A DNA stretch of 64,000 bases from Balanoglossus misakiensis (Eukaryota; Animalia; Hemichordata): the NCBI GenBank assembly GCA_040954595.2, contig CM082577.2:4278305-4342304 (forward strand). Direction: 5' to 3'. Below are positions 59,401-64,000 of this stretch, one piece after another (positions within the stretch are counted from its first letter, which is position 1; every line of letters begins with the position of its first letter). The position numbers and the translations under genes are program-made. The notes beneath the pieces are model-generated. The model saw only the letters and a list, made by a program, of their open reading frames with translations, was not told the DNA's origin and made no database searches.

Positions 59401-61299
59401 GCCAGCATTGCGATCAGTGAGTTGAAAATATATCATCTTCAGTTCCTTCAGCTGCACCCCTCGCCAATTACGTGACTCCGCCCTAATTTGTCAATATACG
59501 CTTTGTAGGACTATTGGCTCCAACTCGCCGTGATTTATACGCAGTGCACGTATCTATTAGTTTTTAATTTGGGGATTTATCAACATAATGTTGTCGGCAA
59601 AATACTCTATGATTGATCGGTTGTCGCGCGCACCAATCAAATTATTCTGGAATTTCCGCTCCCAATGATCGCCATTTCCTGGTGCGGCTTCATGTTTTGA
59701 ACGTGAGCTGGTGAGGAAATCTTCACCCCACTTCACATTACTTACATGTTATATCCGAATCTGCTACTTGGGGGCATTTAAAATGAAATGGGAGTCCTGC
59801 GCGATGAAACATCTATTCGAATTTTCAAAACGAAAGGGACGGTGAATAGCGGAGTAATCTCATCGGGATAATCAGCGGCGAACAAAGAACACGTGAATGA
59901 AAGTGTAATCCGCCGATAAAACATGTCACAGCGTTGCGTGGAAAAGGCGATGGTGCAATTTGAGCAAATCTCGGCAGGTTTAACCCCGGCTGCGTAGATA
60001 ATGCACGACCCGGTGCCCCTCGAAATGTGTGTCGTATATTAAATCGACCCGCACCACTTCAATCTGTAGAAACATGACCGTCCAGAATAAGAAACGACCT
60101 GGGGATTGATTGATAAAGAGAAAACAATCATTCCAGACGAGATTTTTCGTTCTAGCCGTCGGCAAGATATCAATCCGTTTGTAAACGGGGATATTGCTGT
60201 TCGCACATAATACGCCGTGGTATATTTTTCATTAATTGTTTTGGAGATTCGTAGGTCCAATTTAACACCCCTTGTTTTGTACACCAGATAATTTTTCGTC
60301 GAGCAAGTACCGTGACATCTGTCGTAAAACGGTAAATGCGGCGTTTTTACGACCTGGGATCCAACACGCCATTCCAATACGGCCTTCTTTTACGACAGGG
60401 GATTTTTGAGGAAATTGCTGTGTGGTGGCTTCCGTTTCGTTGTCTTCACCTGATCCCATACCTTTCCATCTTCTTCGCTTTTTTCACAGGTCAAAGGTCG
60501 GATCAAGGGTTCCAGGGGAACGCATTAGCGCAAATTGCTGAGTCGCCACGGCGTATAAAGCTGAAGTTCGACAACAGAATTTTGTGTCTGTATGGTTTTA
60601 ATGGTCTTTAATTATATTTTACCCGAATTGAGACTTCTTTTCTCCAAAAATGTCAACACCAGTGGTATCTCCTGCATGAAATATTTTCTACGCGACAGCA
60701 ACGACCAAAAACGAATCTCGTAATAGCTGTCAGTTGTCTAGGTTGCCGTGGTTACGCATACGTGAGTCATCGAATATTGCCAATAATAGAACCACTAAAA
60801 TCTATTAAATTTTTGTACATTTGTAATATGAATAAAGAGCTTTTTATCGCGTCTCTCGCTACAGTGGCACAAAAGTGAACCCTTTACAGTTTCTCATTTC
60901 CATGGCAGCTATTTTCGAATTCGAATAGCAAATCCTGGCGCGACAAAAATACTTAATTTATATTTTCCGGTCTCATTGAAAGCGATTAGGTAATTTAAGT
61001 TCCATTTTCCGGGAACCCAGTGCTCTCGGCGGAGGCGTATTGTTCTGTAGAGTTTAGTGCATTAGACGTCAAGTGGCCAACTATACCGGTAGTATCACGA
61101 TTTTATATTTTAATGGAAAAGTAACAGACCCCAGTTTGGCTAATCTATAAATTGCTATGTATACTGGGTGTATATTTTACTCCAAAGATGAAATTGGATC
61201 GGATTTGGCAAAGTTGATAATATAAACTCTTCCTATCACTCTCCCTTCCAATGTTTTATCTTCATAAGAACCTGGTAAGGAACGTCGGACAGTGCTCTC

Positions 61300-61615
61300 T
61301 GATTGGCCATTTGAACTTAGAACTTTAAGGGTCAGAGGTCACATCTCCCACAATGCACAGTATTTTGAAAATAACGCGGCTGCACCGACATGACATCAAC
61401 AACGTAAACAGTGGCTATCGTTTTCGGCCCTTATACTGCTTCTTATATCTGAACGACAACTGCGAGGTTTTAGTTTTACATTGATGTCACCTAGATCTGT
61501 CAGAAGGTCCAAAAATGTCGAAATCATGTAAGTAACCGGAACTTTTAGTAGCTATATTCTCCGAGCTCATGCACTGTTTACATTGACAACTAACTGGCCT
61601 GGTCAACTCAGGTCA
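61300..61615 (+). promoter_or_regulatory. Putative WDR90 promoter elements
   Basis: Reverse CCAAT (ATTGG, 61302), CHR-like TTTGAA (61310), perfect nuclear-receptor DR1 GGGTCAgAGGTCA (61329-61341), forkhead GTAAACA (61404-61410) and TGTTTAC (61575-61581). Confidence 0.4.
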
Positions 61616-64000
61616 CGTTGTGACATGTATGTGTACGAGTTCCCTGTATCAACTTGCACCTTCCCTCATTCGTTAGACGTCCCATGTTAAAGACACGAGT
61701 AAGTTTTTCATCTTCTTGCTTAACGTAGCCGAAAATAGAGATGTTTTATACGAACGAGCTTGTTTTGGGCAGCGGTTAGTAACTCTTTGCTGAATCCGGA
61801 AGTGGAAGCTCGTAGCCACAGTAACCATGCACGCGTATGGGGCTTCAAGTTTAGAACCCCTTTGACAGACTTTGTATAACTCACGACCGATTCGTAATCA
61901 GAGATGTGTACATTATATATTCTGTCACTGGAAATACAACTGCGCTGGCTGTGTCCTACGTTTGCCTGATCACGGGCATGTATGCATTGCAGGGCAGATT
62001 TTGTGGTAACCTCAATAGACCCCATAGTGAATTTGGCCAGTGGCAGTATCCTTACTGGTAGCAATGACCACACTCTGCAGTGTTTGAATTATGAATATCA
62101 TTCTGTCCCCATTTCAGTGTGGCAGCACCCTTTTGTCAACGTTTTCAAACACCTGAATGTTGGAGAATGGAAGAAGTGTGCCAAAGAAGGCGAAGTTATG
62201 ACGGTGATGGTGAGTACGATCAGGACTTGGATCTCGCTTCCTCTATAGGGACTGTGCTTGGATGCATCACCTGTTTGGTCACGGTCCCTCCGTCATGGAG
62301 GGGCCATGGTCTGGTAGATGTATCCTGTCAGTCACTCATGTCAGTTGTATTATTTTGGTTATTTTAGTTCCTTTGATGGGCTACTAGTATATCCTATTAA
62401 AGTAAACTAAAATAACTAATGTCAAAGTTAGCAACTTTTTCCCTTTAATGAAAAGCAAGGTTGGCATTACAATGTTACAAGGGAAAACAGTAGAATTTAA
62501 TAATAGTGCTGATGTACATGAAATACATCAAGCCCATCTGTATGACATTCTGCAAGAAAGTCCAAAGGGTTAAATGAAAAATAACCCAGCAAACTCCCAG
62601 TTATTGATAGGCAATGCACAACTGCGCATGATGCCACAAGATTCATCAGTTTGAATGCTTGCTTGATTACAACTCTGCAATCGTCAAGAATGCTGCTTTG
62701 CGTCATACCACAGAGCATTGGTATTCTGCCACTAAGCCCTGTAGTAGCATGGTGTGTTTCCCTCGAAACTAGCCAGGCATACTAAAATGGGAATTTTGGT
62801 TCAAATTATACACTGGGCTCAGACTGTGAAGGTTGGTGCACTGCAGATGTACAGACAGTGTATTCCGAAAAAAACAATGATTTCTGATGCAAGTCACACG
62901 CAGAGATTAATTGGCCGGCGGTCTTCAGGCACTTGGAAATTCTGGTATCATTTGGAAGTGTTAATTGGGTGATTCACATTCTATTCTGGGGAATATTAAA
63001 CTTTGCCTATAAATGCAACTCCAAAATTAACTTCCAAATCATGTAGTGCTCTTTGAGTATGCAAACCGCTCATTTATTTGATCTTGTTGACTCCCACTGA
63101 ATGTTTTGTTTTGGTATTTTCAATGATTTGCCACAGCACCACCACCCTGAATTGTTTCAATTTCAGGGGGCTCCATTCACATTAAGGTAAAAATTACTGT
63201 TTGAATATTTCATGGCCTGCGCCGTGTCATCATTCCGCTGGTGTCCACTTCCTCACCACTGATCCAATCAAGATGGATAGTGTTCTTGTGACCTCAAATC
63301 ATTTCTTGTGCAGTATACAGGCTGTGTCATCAAACAGGGAAATGGAACTGCTCACTACTTTCTGTATGCTGTCACCAATTCACATGTTTTTAATAAATTA
63401 TGAGATGAAATTGATATTGTTGAATTCCTGACCAGGGACTTAAGAATGTTTTTGTATTTTTGCAATCTTACTTCTCCTAGACATTTGGCATTTCTGCTTG
63501 CTGTTGCAGGCACATTTTGACTTTTGAATTTTACTCCAAACAAAATCAAACCAAGCAAAGCTGCCTTCACTAGAGTAACTCTTTCTGCTTTGCACAATTT
63601 GGAAGAGTCCTTCCTGTGAAGGAAGCTCTGCTGTCAGGTAAAGTGGAGAGAATTTCTCTACTGGTTTTAAACCTGGGAGTCCAGGCCTTCAGATGGACTT
63701 CCTCTGGTGAAGGTGAATACAGCTTTGCTAGCAGGGTGTCAGACTGCTGACTTGCTTCTAGGTTCCAGCATTAGCCTGATTTATGCAAGTGGTATAATTT
63801 ATTTAGTTTGGTTATTAACTTTTTAGTTTTACAATTATACAATTGCAGGACAAACAGTTGAAGTGTACTGTGTACAGGATCACTGGTTCTATACCGGCCG
63901 GAAACTACATACAGTTACCGAAGACGTCTACTCAGTCGCTGGGTCTGACCGGCAGGTACTTCTACCTGTTGTTTAAGCCACTGCCGGGCAAGTACTTTGT
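61515..64000 (+). CDS. WDR90: WD repeat-containing protein 90 (POC16), 5' part; join(61515..61527,62118..62209,63849..>64000)
   Basis: Spliced MSKSLWQHPFVNVFKHLNVGEWKKCAKEGEVMTVM^DKQLKCTVYRITGSIPAGNYIQLPKTSTQSLGLTGRYFYLLFKPLPGKYF closely matches the CFAP20-like (DUF667) N-terminus of WDR90 (WQHPFLNVF...NYIQLPK..TQSLGLTGRYLY). Donors GTAAGT and GTGAGT with CAG acceptors are in phase. Confidence 0.9.
62118..62209 (+). CDS. WDR90: WDR90 coding exon 2
   Basis: ccccatttcag acceptor; WQHPFVNVFKH...; GTGAGT donor. Confidence 0.9.
63849..64000 (+). CDS. WDR90: WDR90 coding exon 3 (truncated by window end)
   Basis: ttgcag acceptor; DKQLKCTVYRITGSIPAGNYIQLPK...; open to the window end. Confidence 0.9.

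Noticed and set aside
62500-63780. Gypsy gag-like wording (LVKAALL, ELVTAYRK) on the minus strand in WDR90 intron 2
   Set aside because: Too fragmentary; no LTRs or pol motifs seen. It would need BLASTx support.

Overview
AT-rich, intron-containing animal genomic DNA. Gene content and style suggest an invertebrate deuterostome, but the species cannot be fixed from sequence alone. Five protein-coding genes can be rebuilt with phase-consistent GT-AG splice sites. They are FoxJ1 (+, 2 coding exons, 4011-11825), WBP11/SIPP1 (-, 10 exons, 26174-22597), a CYP1-family P450 with a single coding exon (-, 32061-30490), an ERG/KCNH2-subfamily K+ channel (-, 8 confident exons, 43981-35290, N-terminus unresolved) and the 5' end of WDR90/POC16 (+, from 61515, running off the window). 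A tRNA-Asp(GUC) lies in a KCNH intron. There are several small TIR elements (piggyBac-like, Kolobok-like, Harbinger-like and TA-flanked palindromes), microsatellites, and a possible decayed B-box/NHL-repeat pseudogene. The most notable feature is the ERG-type channel. It naturally carries the equivalents of hERG S620T and S631A (inactivation-removing), shows no recognisable PAS/eag exons before the next gene, and has a duplicated endosomal sorting-signal module in its tail. The CYP1 gene is preceded by a cluster of AhR XRE cores, and RFX X-boxes and forkhead motifs occur near FoxJ1 and WDR90. No prokaryotic features or CRISPR arrays were seen.
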